This document shows positions 35,770 to 45,579 of a stretch of 64,000 nucleotides of DNA, one piece after another (the stretch's first letter is position 1; every line of letters begins with the position of its first letter). The notes under the pieces are model-generated. The model saw only the letters and a program-made list of their open reading frames with translations, was not told the origin of the DNA and searched no databases. The translations under genes and the position numbers were made by a program. This DNA is from Candidatus Woesearchaeota archaeon. Lineage in GTDB: Archaea > Nanobdellota > Nanobdellia > Woesearchaeales > GW2011-AR9. The stretch lies in contig JAHFSP010000003.1 in assembly GCA_023265685.1 (NCBI GenBank), forward strand, positions 759 to 64,758, read 5' to 3'.

Positions 35770-36981
35770 ATGGTTAATGAAAGTTTATATCAACGATTAT
35801 CTAAAATAGGTTCATTTTCTGTAATTGATGGCAAGGAGACGTTGGAATTAACTCCGTTTAATGCCGTAGCATATCAAGATGCAGTGAAACGAGGAAGTGT
35901 GAATGAAGTTGCCCAACTCGCTGATATTATGAGTAACACCAACCTCATGACTGGTTTTGGTGCGCTGCGAGATGAAGGGCAGATTCTGCCTCATTTTCTG
36001 ATGCAAGATGCTTATGCATTTATGGATTTGTTGTTTAACATTGATCCTCTCGTCCTTCAACAATTTCCGGGTGATCGACGCAAAATAGGATATATTGCTC
36101 CTGGCGAAGAGAAGTATGATTCTGGACCGGAATTGTGGAAATCTTCATGGTATTATTCAATTACGGATAAAAATTTAATTACGAATAAAAGTGCTTCAGA
36201 AATAAGTGGTCCGAAAAGAGGATATCAATTAGGGTGGCCTAATCCAGATACTACGACTCGATTTATGGATCCACGAAGACTCGTTCTCGATCAAACAGGA
36301 GCACGCCTTGTTGGAGGCATCATGCGGTCTTTGAAAAAAGAAGAAAGAGCATTTTTTCGATATGCTTCGGATTGGGTTATCCCAAAAGTTCACAAAGGAC
36401 TAGATCTTCTTGGACGCCTAGGATTAAGTGGTTTGATGCATGGTTGTTATGGGATGGAGCCAGATCATTTTCTTAAGGGAATTTTTTTGGATATAGAGGG
36501 TAATGGTTATGGTACAACGCGTTTGTTGCAGTATTACACTGGTGAGAAAGGAAAAGTAGGTGATGTTATTGCTGGTCGGCATCAAGATACGAGCTTAGGA
36601 GCGGTTATTGACTTGCGTATGGATCAAAGTGCTCTTCCTTTACGAGAGAGGACCTCTGGTGAAGAAAATAATTTTGCCTCTTGTCTTGAAGTTGAAGTAA
36701 CACCAGATACGTGGGTGCCTGCGGTTATTGGCAAAAATACTTATTCATTTAATGTAGGATGGCTTTTGGTTCAGTATGCTAGGGCACTTGAGGAGAACGG
36801 AATAATTTCAACGAGGTCTGAACTTTTACCTACGTTTCACCGAGTAGTGCGACGCAATTTGAATCTGGAGAGATCGGTCTTGGTTCACTTTCCTGATGGT
36901 AATCCGAATGCTACGATAGGAAATAAGACCTTTCAGCAGGTTTCAGAAATGGATTTTTTGCATCGAGTCGGACATTTGTAA
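35770..36981 (+). CDS. Hypothetical protein
   Basis: ATG at 35770 lies about 25 nt after the TATA-like aaatattataaat. No motif was recognised. Confidence 0.5.
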   Translation: MVNESLYQRLSKIGSFSVIDGKETLELTPFNAVAYQDAVKRGSVNEVAQLADIMSNTNLMTGFGALRDEGQILPHFLMQDAYAFMDLLFNIDPLVLQQFPGDRRKIGYIAPGEEKYDSGPELWKSSWYYSITDKNLITNKSASEISGPKRGYQLGWPNPDTTTRFMDPRRLVLDQTGARLVGGIMRSLKKEERAFFRYASDWVIPKVHKGLDLLGRLGLSGLMHGCYGMEPDHFLKGIFLDIEGNGYGTTRLLQYYTGEKGKVGDVIAGRHQDTSLGAVIDLRMDQSALPLRERTSGEENNFASCLEVEVTPDTWVPAVIGKNTYSFNVGWLLVQYARALEENGIISTRSELLPTFHRVVRRNLNLERSVLVHFPDGNPNATIGNKTFQQVSEMDFLHRVGHL

Positions 36982-37082
36982 AACTGTATAAAAAATTTAA
37001 GAAGAAGAGCCTCTCTTGTAAAAAACCAACCCACACATTTATAAAATCCGTTTCTTCTGCTTAATATAGTAAGACGGGTGGC

Positions 37083-38312
37083 ATGGTGGATAATTTCAAC
37101 AAACTGATTATTTTTGTGTTGTGCATTAATGTTCTTGTTATTTTGGTTCAAGCACAGAGTCGAGCAGAAGGTCCGGCTCTTGCGATTACTCTTCTTTCCC
37201 AAACACCCACTCCCGTTGAGCCAGGTCAAGTTGTTCACCTACGATTCCAGATACAAAATAATGGACAAGAGATACCTGATGATGTAGTCATTCATCTACG
37301 CGAGCGTTACCCTTTTACATTATATGGTAGTCCTGCCGATAAGAATATTGGAATTTTACGAGCAGGTTCCGACACAGTTATTGTTGAATATGATCTTAAA
37401 GTTGATGAAAAAGCAGTTGGTAAACGTACCGAAATAGAATTAGAAGCACGTTACGCAGGAGTTACAAAAATATTTGATAATGATGAGTTTATGATTGATG
37501 TTCGAACACAGCAGCCTTTACTTTATCTTAAAGAGATTAATGTAGATCCACTTCAAATTACCCCAGGAGGAACTGGTACAGTTACTGTTGTGCTGCAAAA
37601 TACAGGTCCTGCTTTACTTAAGGACATCCATATGAAGATGGAGTTAGATGGTACGACTATTCCTTTTGCACCATACCAAAGTTCTTCGTTGCAAGTATTA
37701 TCGCAGTTAGGACCAACATTTCAGAAAGCGTTGACATTTTCATTAATTACCACACCAGAGGCAACACCAGGGCTATATAAGATCCCCGTCACTATTTCAT
37801 ATAATGATGAGCGCGCAAATACGACTGTTCTTAAAGACATTGTTGCCATTACCGTTGGTGAAGCACCACAAATCCGACCTTATATCAAAAAAACAACACT
37901 TCTCGCACCTGAAAGTCAGGGGAAAGTAACGATTGAATTGGCCAATGCAGGTAATGGTGATGTGAAACTCACTGAATTGACCATTTTGCCTTCAGAGAGT
38001 TATCAGTTGATTTCGCCGAGCAATTATTTTTACATTGGTGATATTGATGCAGATGATACTGAGACCGAAGAAATTTCTTTGTATGCACAAGATGTTGAGA
38101 AGGTGACATTGCCAATAAAAATTAGTTATTATGATGCGAACAATAAAAAATTTGATCAAGAGACGACATTAACTCTTCCGTTATATTCTTCGAGCGATCT
38201 TAAGAAATTTGGTTTGGTGGAATCAGGTTCGACGGGAATGTGGGTTATTGTGTTGATTCTGATTGGTGGCAGTTATTTTGCGTACAGAAAATACAAAAAA
38301 CGCAAAAAATAG
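37083..38312 (+). CDS. Cell-surface protein with repeated beta-sandwich (COG1361/CARDB-like) modules and a C-terminal TM anchor
   Basis: Signal-like N-terminus, repeated LxPGxxxxVxxxLxNxG modules, and C-terminal WVIVLILIGGSYFAYRKYKKRKK. Confidence 0.6.
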   Translation: MVDNFNKLIIFVLCINVLVILVQAQSRAEGPALAITLLSQTPTPVEPGQVVHLRFQIQNNGQEIPDDVVIHLRERYPFTLYGSPADKNIGILRAGSDTVIVEYDLKVDEKAVGKRTEIELEARYAGVTKIFDNDEFMIDVRTQQPLLYLKEINVDPLQITPGGTGTVTVVLQNTGPALLKDIHMKMELDGTTIPFAPYQSSSLQVLSQLGPTFQKALTFSLITTPEATPGLYKIPVTISYNDERANTTVLKDIVAITVGEAPQIRPYIKKTTLLAPESQGKVTIELANAGNGDVKLTELTILPSESYQLISPSNYFYIGDIDADDTETEEISLYAQDVEKVTLPIKISYYDANNKKFDQETTLTLPLYSSSDLKKFGLVESGSTGMWVIVLILIGGSYFAYRKYKKRKK

Positions 38313-38364
38313 AAATACTATAAAAATACTAAAGTAAGATGATTAGAGATCAGGAGATGAGATT

Positions 38365-39573
38365 ATGATTGGTGCGTATGTTCGTCTTGCGTACCAAAGT
38401 ACCAGACGTCGTCGATTGCGTTCGTATCTTACGATGCTAGGGATTTTTATTGGTATTGCGGCAGTGGTTGCGCTGATCTCACTTAGCCAGGGTCTCAAGA
38501 ATGCAATTCAAGATCAATTTCTTCATTTAGGTTCTGATAAAATTTTAATTCAAGCAGCAGGGGGAGGCTTTGGTCCACCTGGTACAGGAACTAGTGTGCC
38601 ACTAACGACAAAAGAGTTAGAAACAGTTGAAAAAGTGCAGGGCATTGATTTAGCTGTGGGTCGGCTGATTCGTATAGCGAAGTTCGAGTTTCATGATGAT
38701 GTAAAGTATTCTTATTTAGTTTCATTTCCCAAAGAGAGTGATAAACAGACGTTGGTTATTGATTCAAATTCCTATGAACTACGAGAAGGACGTTTTCCTA
38801 ATGATGGAAATGAAGTGTTTATTGGTGCTGATGTTGCAGATACCTATTTTGACAAGCCAGTTTTGTTACGTGATTTGATTACAGTGCAAAATAAGAGCGT
38901 GCGGGTGGTGGGAATTCTTAAGCGTTCAGGTAACCCTCAGAAGGATACAACGGTGGTTCTTGCCGAGAGTACAGTACGCGATTTGCTAGGCATTAAAGAT
39001 AATGTGGATATTATTGCGGCACGCATTGCTCAAGGTGAAGATTTAGAGGTTGTGAGTTCAAGTGTTGAGAAGGCATTACGCAAAGAACGTAATGTGGAAG
39101 AAGGAAAGGAGAATTTTATTGTACAAACACCTGAACAGTTGCTGTCTACTCTTAATACAATTTTAGGGATTATTCAGGGAGTGCTCGTTGGTATTGCAGG
39201 GATTTCATTATTGGTGGGGGGCTTAGGAATTATGAATACCATGTACACAGCAGTTGTTGAGAGAACACGAGAAATAGGTATTATGAAAGCCGTTGGTGCA
39301 ACGCAAACGCAGATCCAAACCTTGTTTATTATTGAATCAGGAATGTTGGGACTTTTTGGCGGACTCATTGGAGTGGTATTGGGATTAGGAATTAGTAAAT
39401 TGGTAGAGTTTGTAGGATATCAAATTTATGAATCGTTTTTGATTCGTGCTGATGTATCAGCGTGGTTAATTGTGGGTGCGCTATTGTTTGCGTTGATTGT
39501 AGGTGGCCTTTCGGGAGTGTTACCGGCTCGACAAGCAGCGAAATTGCAACCTGTTGATGCGTTGAGGAAGTAG
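38365..39573 (+). CDS. ABC transporter permease, MacB/FtsX family
   Basis: N-terminal TM, a periplasmic-type domain, and a C-terminal FtsX 3-TM bundle with REIGIMKAVGAT. Confidence 0.85.
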   Translation: MIGAYVRLAYQSTRRRRLRSYLTMLGIFIGIAAVVALISLSQGLKNAIQDQFLHLGSDKILIQAAGGGFGPPGTGTSVPLTTKELETVEKVQGIDLAVGRLIRIAKFEFHDDVKYSYLVSFPKESDKQTLVIDSNSYELREGRFPNDGNEVFIGADVADTYFDKPVLLRDLITVQNKSVRVVGILKRSGNPQKDTTVVLAESTVRDLLGIKDNVDIIAARIAQGEDLEVVSSSVEKALRKERNVEEGKENFIVQTPEQLLSTLNTILGIIQGVLVGIAGISLLVGGLGIMNTMYTAVVERTREIGIMKAVGATQTQIQTLFIIESGMLGLFGGLIGVVLGLGISKLVEFVGYQIYESFLIRADVSAWLIVGALLFALIVGGLSGVLPARQAAKLQPVDALRK

Positions 39574-39657
39574 AAAAAATGGAGGATAATTTCAAAATTT
39601 ATTTAGTTTTAATGTTATTATTCTAGGATTTCTTTTTAGGATCTCTGTTTGGGAGAT

Positions 39658-40851
39658 CTATTTCCCAAACCACTCGCCTTCTTCGTTACTTAATTCCAAC
39701 TCTTTGGCAAGAGCATCCTGATTTTTTTTGAAGACGTTTGCAAGATAGGGTACTTGTCGGAAAGCTTCTTTTTTGGAAGTGTGAGTGGCTGCTGCGAGCT
39801 TTTCTGCAATTTCTTTGCGTTTGGCCATTTTCATATTGATTTGCCACTGACGTAGTAAACGCATCGTTGGTTTGTATGCAATAAAATTGGGATTTCTTTC
39901 ATCTTTGGCGCTGGAGACGCCAGCACTAAGAAGTTGATTGATGTAGGCAAGAAAGCGCCAGTGCTGATGTCGTCGAATGCGACCTTGTAATACGTCGACT
40001 CGGGAGAGATGTTCATAGGCCCTGGCTAATGCTGGAGCTGAAGGGTATTCTAAAGGAAGATTGGCATCAAGCCAGAGCATGAGCTCGCCAGGTTCGAGAT
40101 CAGTATCGTCAAGTGCAGGGAGTGCTGTTTCAACGGAGGATGATTTGAAGATTTGAGTTAGCGCTTCAAGAATGGTCTGAGTTCGCTTACGATCGGAAAG
40201 AGTGGCTACTGCTTCAAAAGTGAGCGTGCCGTTGGCAGCACAGATATGTAAATCAAGGAGTGCTCCTCGTAAATCTCCATCAGCTTGACGTGCTAACGAG
40301 TTAAGTGCTTTTTCGTCGAGCGTGATGTCCTCTTGCTGTGCTACCCATGTCAATGCATGAGCAACTGTGCGATATTGTAATTTATGAAAATCAATTGTAA
40401 GAACTTCTTTTAGTAATGGTTTGAATTTTGAATCAGTTACATCGTTGGCAGTGAGAATGACGGGAAATGATGACTTTTCAATGCCTTTGAGTAGACCTGA
40501 AACTCCACCTCGATCACGCACGCCAGAAAGTGCATCGATCTCGTCGATAAGGATGATTTTAGGTGTGAAAAATAAAGATTGTTGACCAAGAGCAGAACTT
40601 AAGAATTGTTTCATGGCGGCTTCGTTACGTAAATCAGATGAATTGAGTTCGATTACGTCGTACTTGAGTTGGTTGGCCAGAGCATAGACACTAGATGTTT
40701 TTCCAACACCAAGTGGACCGAGAAGGAGAGCTGCTTTTTTTGACTGTTTTTTGTAATTGAGGATATATTCTTTAAGTTGTGCGACTGCGGTTTGTTGGCC
40801 AAAGACTTGTTCTTCGTTTTTGGGTGCATATTTGAGAGTGTAGAGAGGCAT
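39658..40851 (-). CDS. rfcL: Replication factor C large subunit
   Basis: LKYAPKNEEQVFGQ, Walker A GPLGVGKTS, ELNSSDLRN and LIDEIDAL. Confidence 0.85.
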   Translation of the reverse strand: MPLYTLKYAPKNEEQVFGQQTAVAQLKEYILNYKKQSKKAALLLGPLGVGKTSSVYALANQLKYDVIELNSSDLRNEAAMKQFLSSALGQQSLFFTPKIILIDEIDALSGVRDRGGVSGLLKGIEKSSFPVILTANDVTDSKFKPLLKEVLTIDFHKLQYRTVAHALTWVAQQEDITLDEKALNSLARQADGDLRGALLDLHICAANGTLTFEAVATLSDRKRTQTILEALTQIFKSSSVETALPALDDTDLEPGELMLWLDANLPLEYPSAPALARAYEHLSRVDVLQGRIRRHQHWRFLAYINQLLSAGVSSAKDERNPNFIAYKPTMRLLRQWQINMKMAKRKEIAEKLAAATHTSKKEAFRQVPYLANVFKKNQDALAKELELSNEEGEWFGK

Positions 40852-40967
40852 GTTTTTGTAGCATAAAAGAGAGTATTAAAGTTTTGTGGTGATGGTTTTG
40901 ATGAAAAGTCTTGTGGGGTTTGGTGATGGAATGTTAGAACTGATGAAAAAGAGACTGGCTTTTATAA

Positions 40968-41171
40968 TTATAATCTTCTAAGATCCCAAACTATAAGACC
41001 AATACACAGAAATGAAAAGAGCGCAATGATATGGTTCTGAATAGGATTGGGAAGTCCAAGGTTGAAAAACACAAATTGAGGATTGAGCAGAGAGGTGATG
41101 AAAATGATGGTAAGTAGGATTAAGATAAATGTGAGCAGAATGAAGATCTTTCGACGGTACTGGTAGACCAT
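40968..41171 (-). CDS. Small two-TM membrane protein
   Basis: 67 aa with two hydrophobic helices. Confidence 0.35.
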   Translation of the reverse strand: MVYQYRRKIFILLTFILILLTIIFITSLLNPQFVFFNLGLPNPIQNHIIALFSFLCIGLIVWDLRRL

Positions 41172-41307
41172 AGTATTTAGGACGATTGGAGGGTTTTTAA
41201 GTTCTTAGGTGATGGAAAAGTTGAAAGAGGGAGACCATGACATTATTGTCACTTGATAGTGATAATTAATAGGAAGGTTTATAAAAGACAGGATATTATG
41301 GAGGATA

Positions 41308-42375
41308 ATGGTAATTACTAATACTGTACGGGAAATGCTATTGCCCAAGTTTACTCGCAGTGTAGCAGGTTATCCGCACTGTATATATCTTACTCCCGAA
41401 GGCAGTGATACTACTCTCATGGTGTATCAAGCTCCACTAGGTGCATCTTTAAATTCTGAAACTGTGAGGGTATTGGCCAATAGGGTTGAACACGATATCA
41501 AAAACCCTTTAACAGCTTTGAAAGGAGGATTAGAACTAGCTAAAAGCGAAGCTGTAGAACGACGAAAGGTAGAACTTATTCCTAAATATAATCTCTTGCA
41601 GAGTGAAATTAGAGGTTTGATGCAGGATGCTTCTGGTATGGGGAATACTTCTTCTGGATCATTGGAAGAGTTCTTTGATGGTCTTGCTACTGTACAACAA
41701 AGATACGGTCGATTTAGAGGAATTTTATCAAGATTACCAGAAGTAGGTGAGGAATACTTAGATGAGTTATTTTTGAGAAAGGCAAACCAAGATGGATCTA
41801 TTGACTATTTAATGCGAGGACTTGCTTCATTAGCGCAATCAACGCCTGGCTTGGGTCAAACTCATCTTGTTGAGAGATACTTTGATATGCTTCGAACAGA
41901 GTTGGAAAAGTATGGGACTGTGGGAGTAGATCTTGGCGATACGATTGGGCATTTAGCGTTACCAAATTTAGATATTTTATATACTCAAATTATGAATTTC
42001 GTCTCTAATTCAGACAAAGCACGTAAAGAGAATGGAATTAAAAATGAATTAGAACTTACTTTGAGTGGTTGGGTAAAACCATTAGATGAAAGTGTAGATC
42101 TTTTTTTCAACCACGAACAAAAAGAAAAATATTGGGGACAACCTATGGTTTTTGTGACTTATAGAGACAATGCAGGTGGAGTAAACCAAGATAAAATCAA
42201 ACTTCATGAAATGTTTGATCAAGGACGTAGCACAGGTAGTAGCGGATTAGGTCTTGCACTTTCAGGCTTAGTCTTGAACCGACTGGGAGGAAGTATCATC
42301 GTTGAAACTGCGGGAAATGGAACTCCTGAGGGGTATACTTCATTTACGCATGCTTTTCCACTCTATAAAGAATAG
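41308..42375 (+). CDS. Soluble atypical histidine kinase-like protein
   Basis: H-box VEHDIKNPLTALKGGLELA, N-box-like IMNFVSNSDKA, G1-like RDNAGG, G2 GSSGLGLALSGLVLNRLGGSIIVE. Confidence 0.6.
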   Translation: MVITNTVREMLLPKFTRSVAGYPHCIYLTPEGSDTTLMVYQAPLGASLNSETVRVLANRVEHDIKNPLTALKGGLELAKSEAVERRKVELIPKYNLLQSEIRGLMQDASGMGNTSSGSLEEFFDGLATVQQRYGRFRGILSRLPEVGEEYLDELFLRKANQDGSIDYLMRGLASLAQSTPGLGQTHLVERYFDMLRTELEKYGTVGVDLGDTIGHLALPNLDILYTQIMNFVSNSDKARKENGIKNELELTLSGWVKPLDESVDLFFNHEQKEKYWGQPMVFVTYRDNAGGVNQDKIKLHEMFDQGRSTGSSGLGLALSGLVLNRLGGSIIVETAGNGTPEGYTSFTHAFPLYKE

Positions 42376-42544
42376 ATTTTTATTTTATAGTTTTCTTGTT
42401 TTATGGATTTAATATTTTTTAGATTTTGTTGATTTAGTAAATTTGAATGGGGGTTGAAATCAAGTTGACACTATCAAGTTGACACTAAAATATACTAAAA
42501 CAAGCGCAATGATTTTAAACCCTCACTTAACCTATGGGATTATT

Positions 42545-45082
42545 ATGGAATTAGCAAAAAATTACGATCCTAAAGAAGCTGAACCACGTATGCAGAAGTT
42601 CTGGTCGGAGCATCATATTTACAAATTTGATCCGAAGAGTACGAAGCCGATTTATTCTATTGACACGCCTCCACCAACGGTTTCAGGGAAGATGCATCTG
42701 GGTCATGCATTTAGTTATACCCAAGGAGATATTATTGCACGGTATCAGCGTATGAAAGGCAAAAATGTGTTCTATCCTTTTGGTACTGATGATAATGGAC
42801 TGGCAACAGAGAAGTTGATTGAGAAGACAAAAAATGTTGTTTCCAAGAAGATGGAGCGAAATGAATTTATCAAACTGTGTATCAAAACACTTGAAGAAAT
42901 TCGCCCTGGTTTTGTTGATGATTGGAAACGAATTGGCATGAGTTGTGATTTTTCAATCTTCTATTCAACGATTAATGATCATTGTCGAAAGCTGTCTCAA
43001 AAATCTTTTATTGATCTTTACAAGGCAGGACGTATCTATCAGAAGAAGGCGCCAATTATTTTTTGCCCTCACTGTAAAACAGCGATTGCGCAAGTAGAAA
43101 TGGAAGATACGGAACGTAAAAGTACACTTAATTACATTAAAGCGAAGATAGCTACGAAGGAGATAACCACGAGGGGAGAGTACATTGTTTACTCGACCAC
43201 GCGCCCTGAACTGCATCCTGCCTGTGTGGGTATTTCTATTAATCAAGAAGGAGACTATGTTCGTGCCAAGCGAGCTGATGGAGAAGTCTGGATTTTGAGT
43301 AAAGAAGGAGCAGAAAAGTTGGCGGGGGAGTTTGGATTACAGGTTATTGAGACATTCAAAGGTTTGAAGTTAGTGGGAAAGAACGTTGAGATCCCTTTTG
43401 CAGTTCATCATGTTCTCATTAGTCATGACATTTCTGCGAAAACAGAGTATGGAACCGGCGTAGTATATTACTGTAGTTATGGTGGTTTAGACTGTGTAGA
43501 ATGGATAGCACGTCACCCTGAAGCAACAGCAGTTCATATTATGGATGAAAGTGGTACATACATTGCTCCAAGCCCCTATATTGGTAAGACTTCTGAACAG
43601 GCACGAGTTTTGGTACTTGAAGACTTAGAGAAGAAAGGAGTATTGCTTAAAAAACAACATTTGACCCACATGGTTAACACGCATGAGAGATGTGGCACAG
43701 ACATTGAATATGTTGCAACCAAACAATGGTTTGTTCGCTATCTTGATTTACGTGAAAATTTCTTAGAAGCAGGAGCAAAATTAAATTGGTATCCACCACA
43801 TATGAAAGTGCGTTACGATAACTGGATTAAAGGACTTAAATGGGATTGGTGTATTTCACGTCAGCGTCATTTTGGAATTTCTATGCCTATATGGTACCAT
43901 GCGAAAACGGGAGAGGTTATTCTCCCTGCTGCTGAACAATTACCGGTTGATCCGCTTAACGATGTTCCCAAAGGGTATACTAAAGAAGAAGTTATTGGAG
44001 AAAAAGATGTTCTTGATACGTGGGCAACGTCATCTCTGACACCACATTTGGCCGCAGAATTATTTCATGATCCGGCATTGACACAAAAACTTATTCCAAT
44101 GAGTTTACGTCCTCAAGCACATGACATTATTACGTTCTGGCTTTTTAACACGTTAGTTAAAGAACAATTGCACCATCATCAAAATCCGTGGAAAGACGTG
44201 GTTATTTCTGGTCATGCACAAGATCCACATGGACGTAAGATGTCTAAATCAAAAGGCAATGTCATTGAACCACAAGTGATGGTTGATAAGTATTGTGCAG
44301 ATGCATTACGTTTTTGGGCAGCGGGCTCAAAGTTAGGTGATGATTTGCCATTCCAAGAGAAGGATCTGGTCACGGGACAGAAATTCGTAACGAAGTTATG
44401 GAACGCGTCGAAATTTAGTATGCTTCATCTGGAGGATTATAAAGATCATGGTAATGGAAAAGCAACCGAACTTATCGACCGATATGTTCTTTCTGCATTA
44501 CAGCACTTAGTTCAAGAGTGTAGCGAGAGTTTTGATCGTTACGAATATGTGCGAACAAAATCTGAAGTAGAGAAGTTTTTCTGGCATGTGTTTTGTGATA
44601 ATTATCTTGAAATCGTTAAAGATCGGCTCTACAATCCCGATGTACGTGGGGTGAAAGAGCGAGAAAGTGGACAATTTACGTTGTATCAAACTTTACTGAC
44701 GATTACCAAATTGATGGCACCGATCATGCCCCATATTACTGATGAGATTTATCAGCAGTTTTTTAGCGTTCAGGATGGACATAAGAGTGTTCATATTAGC
44801 TCATGGCCGAGTGTAGAGCCTCGTTTGATTGATGAGGACGCTGAGAGATTAGGAGAAATAATGCTCGATATTATAGCTACTGTGCGTAAATACAAATCTG
44901 AGAAAAAGCTTTCCATGAAAGAGGATTTGAAAAAATTAGTATTAGTTGGTGAGGGAGTTAATGAGCTGGTGAAACAGGCTTTGGGTGATCTTAAAGCAGT
45001 ATTGAGAGTGGGAGAGATTGTAACCCATGGACCTACTACTCTTGAGACTGAGAAGTTGAAGATTAAAGTTGGAATTGAGTAG
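42545..45082 (+). CDS. valS: Valyl-tRNA synthetase
   Basis: PPPTVSGKMHLGHAF (HIGH region) and KMSKSKGN. ATG at 42545 is preferred to the upstream TTG. Confidence 0.95.
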   Translation: MELAKNYDPKEAEPRMQKFWSEHHIYKFDPKSTKPIYSIDTPPPTVSGKMHLGHAFSYTQGDIIARYQRMKGKNVFYPFGTDDNGLATEKLIEKTKNVVSKKMERNEFIKLCIKTLEEIRPGFVDDWKRIGMSCDFSIFYSTINDHCRKLSQKSFIDLYKAGRIYQKKAPIIFCPHCKTAIAQVEMEDTERKSTLNYIKAKIATKEITTRGEYIVYSTTRPELHPACVGISINQEGDYVRAKRADGEVWILSKEGAEKLAGEFGLQVIETFKGLKLVGKNVEIPFAVHHVLISHDISAKTEYGTGVVYYCSYGGLDCVEWIARHPEATAVHIMDESGTYIAPSPYIGKTSEQARVLVLEDLEKKGVLLKKQHLTHMVNTHERCGTDIEYVATKQWFVRYLDLRENFLEAGAKLNWYPPHMKVRYDNWIKGLKWDWCISRQRHFGISMPIWYHAKTGEVILPAAEQLPVDPLNDVPKGYTKEEVIGEKDVLDTWATSSLTPHLAAELFHDPALTQKLIPMSLRPQAHDIITFWLFNTLVKEQLHHHQNPWKDVVISGHAQDPHGRKMSKSKGNVIEPQVMVDKYCADALRFWAAGSKLGDDLPFQEKDLVTGQKFVTKLWNASKFSMLHLEDYKDHGNGKATELIDRYVLSALQHLVQECSESFDRYEYVRTKSEVEKFFWHVFCDNYLEIVKDRLYNPDVRGVKERESGQFTLYQTLLTITKLMAPIMPHITDEIYQQFFSVQDGHKSVHISSWPSVEPRLIDEDAERLGEIMLDIIATVRKYKSEKKLSMKEDLKKLVLVGEGVNELVKQALGDLKAVLRVGEIVTHGPTTLETEKLKIKVGIE

Positions 45083-45165
45083 ATTCTTTGATTTTTCTTT
45101 TTTATGTATCATGGGGAAATTTTTGGGAGAGAACCTTTTTAAATAAACTGTGTTCTTTGTTAACT

Positions 45166-45579
45166 ATGGTTAACAAGGCGATGTTGCATCCGCAAGAGAT
45201 TGAAACGTACTACGTTATTCCGACGATTCGTAAGTATATAGCACTCTTTTTAGTAGAACAGGGTCGTAAGCAAAAAGATGTTGCGGCATTATTAGGAATT
45301 CATACGGCAGCAATTAGTCAGTATCGTAGTAAGAAGCGAGGCATGCAGATTACATTGCCTGCGGAAATTCTTGTTGAGATGAAAAAATCTGCTTCACGTA
45401 TCAAAGATCACTTTTCCTATTTTCAAGAGACACAGCGTTTGTTACATTTGATTCGCAAAACGAGAGTGTTATGTCAGATCCATCATCAATTCTCGCCCAT
45501 TCCACAAGGTTGTGATCCTCATAAAATTGGATGTATCACTAAAATGACAACTAAGATGACTAGTAAGGAGTGTGTCTAA
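45166..45579 (+). CDS. HTH transcriptional regulator with a Cys/His-rich C-terminus, upstream of suf genes
   Basis: GRKQKDVAALLGIHTAAISQYRSKKRG (HTH) and C-terminal CQIHHQFSPIPQGCDPHKIGC. Confidence 0.6.
   Translation: MVNKAMLHPQEIETYYVIPTIRKYIALFLVEQGRKQKDVAALLGIHTAAISQYRSKKRGMQITLPAEILVEMKKSASRIKDHFSYFQETQRLLHLIRKTRVLCQIHHQFSPIPQGCDPHKIGCITKMTTKMTSKECV

Noticed and set aside
40888-40946. GUGAUGG / UGAUGA / CUGA motifs suggestive of a C/D-box sRNA between rfcL and the small membrane gene. GGTGATGGA also occurs at 7843 and 41209.
   Set aside because: The spacing between the candidate C and D' boxes (about 35 nt) and the absence of a terminal D box do not fit the archaeal C/D architecture (12-nt guides).
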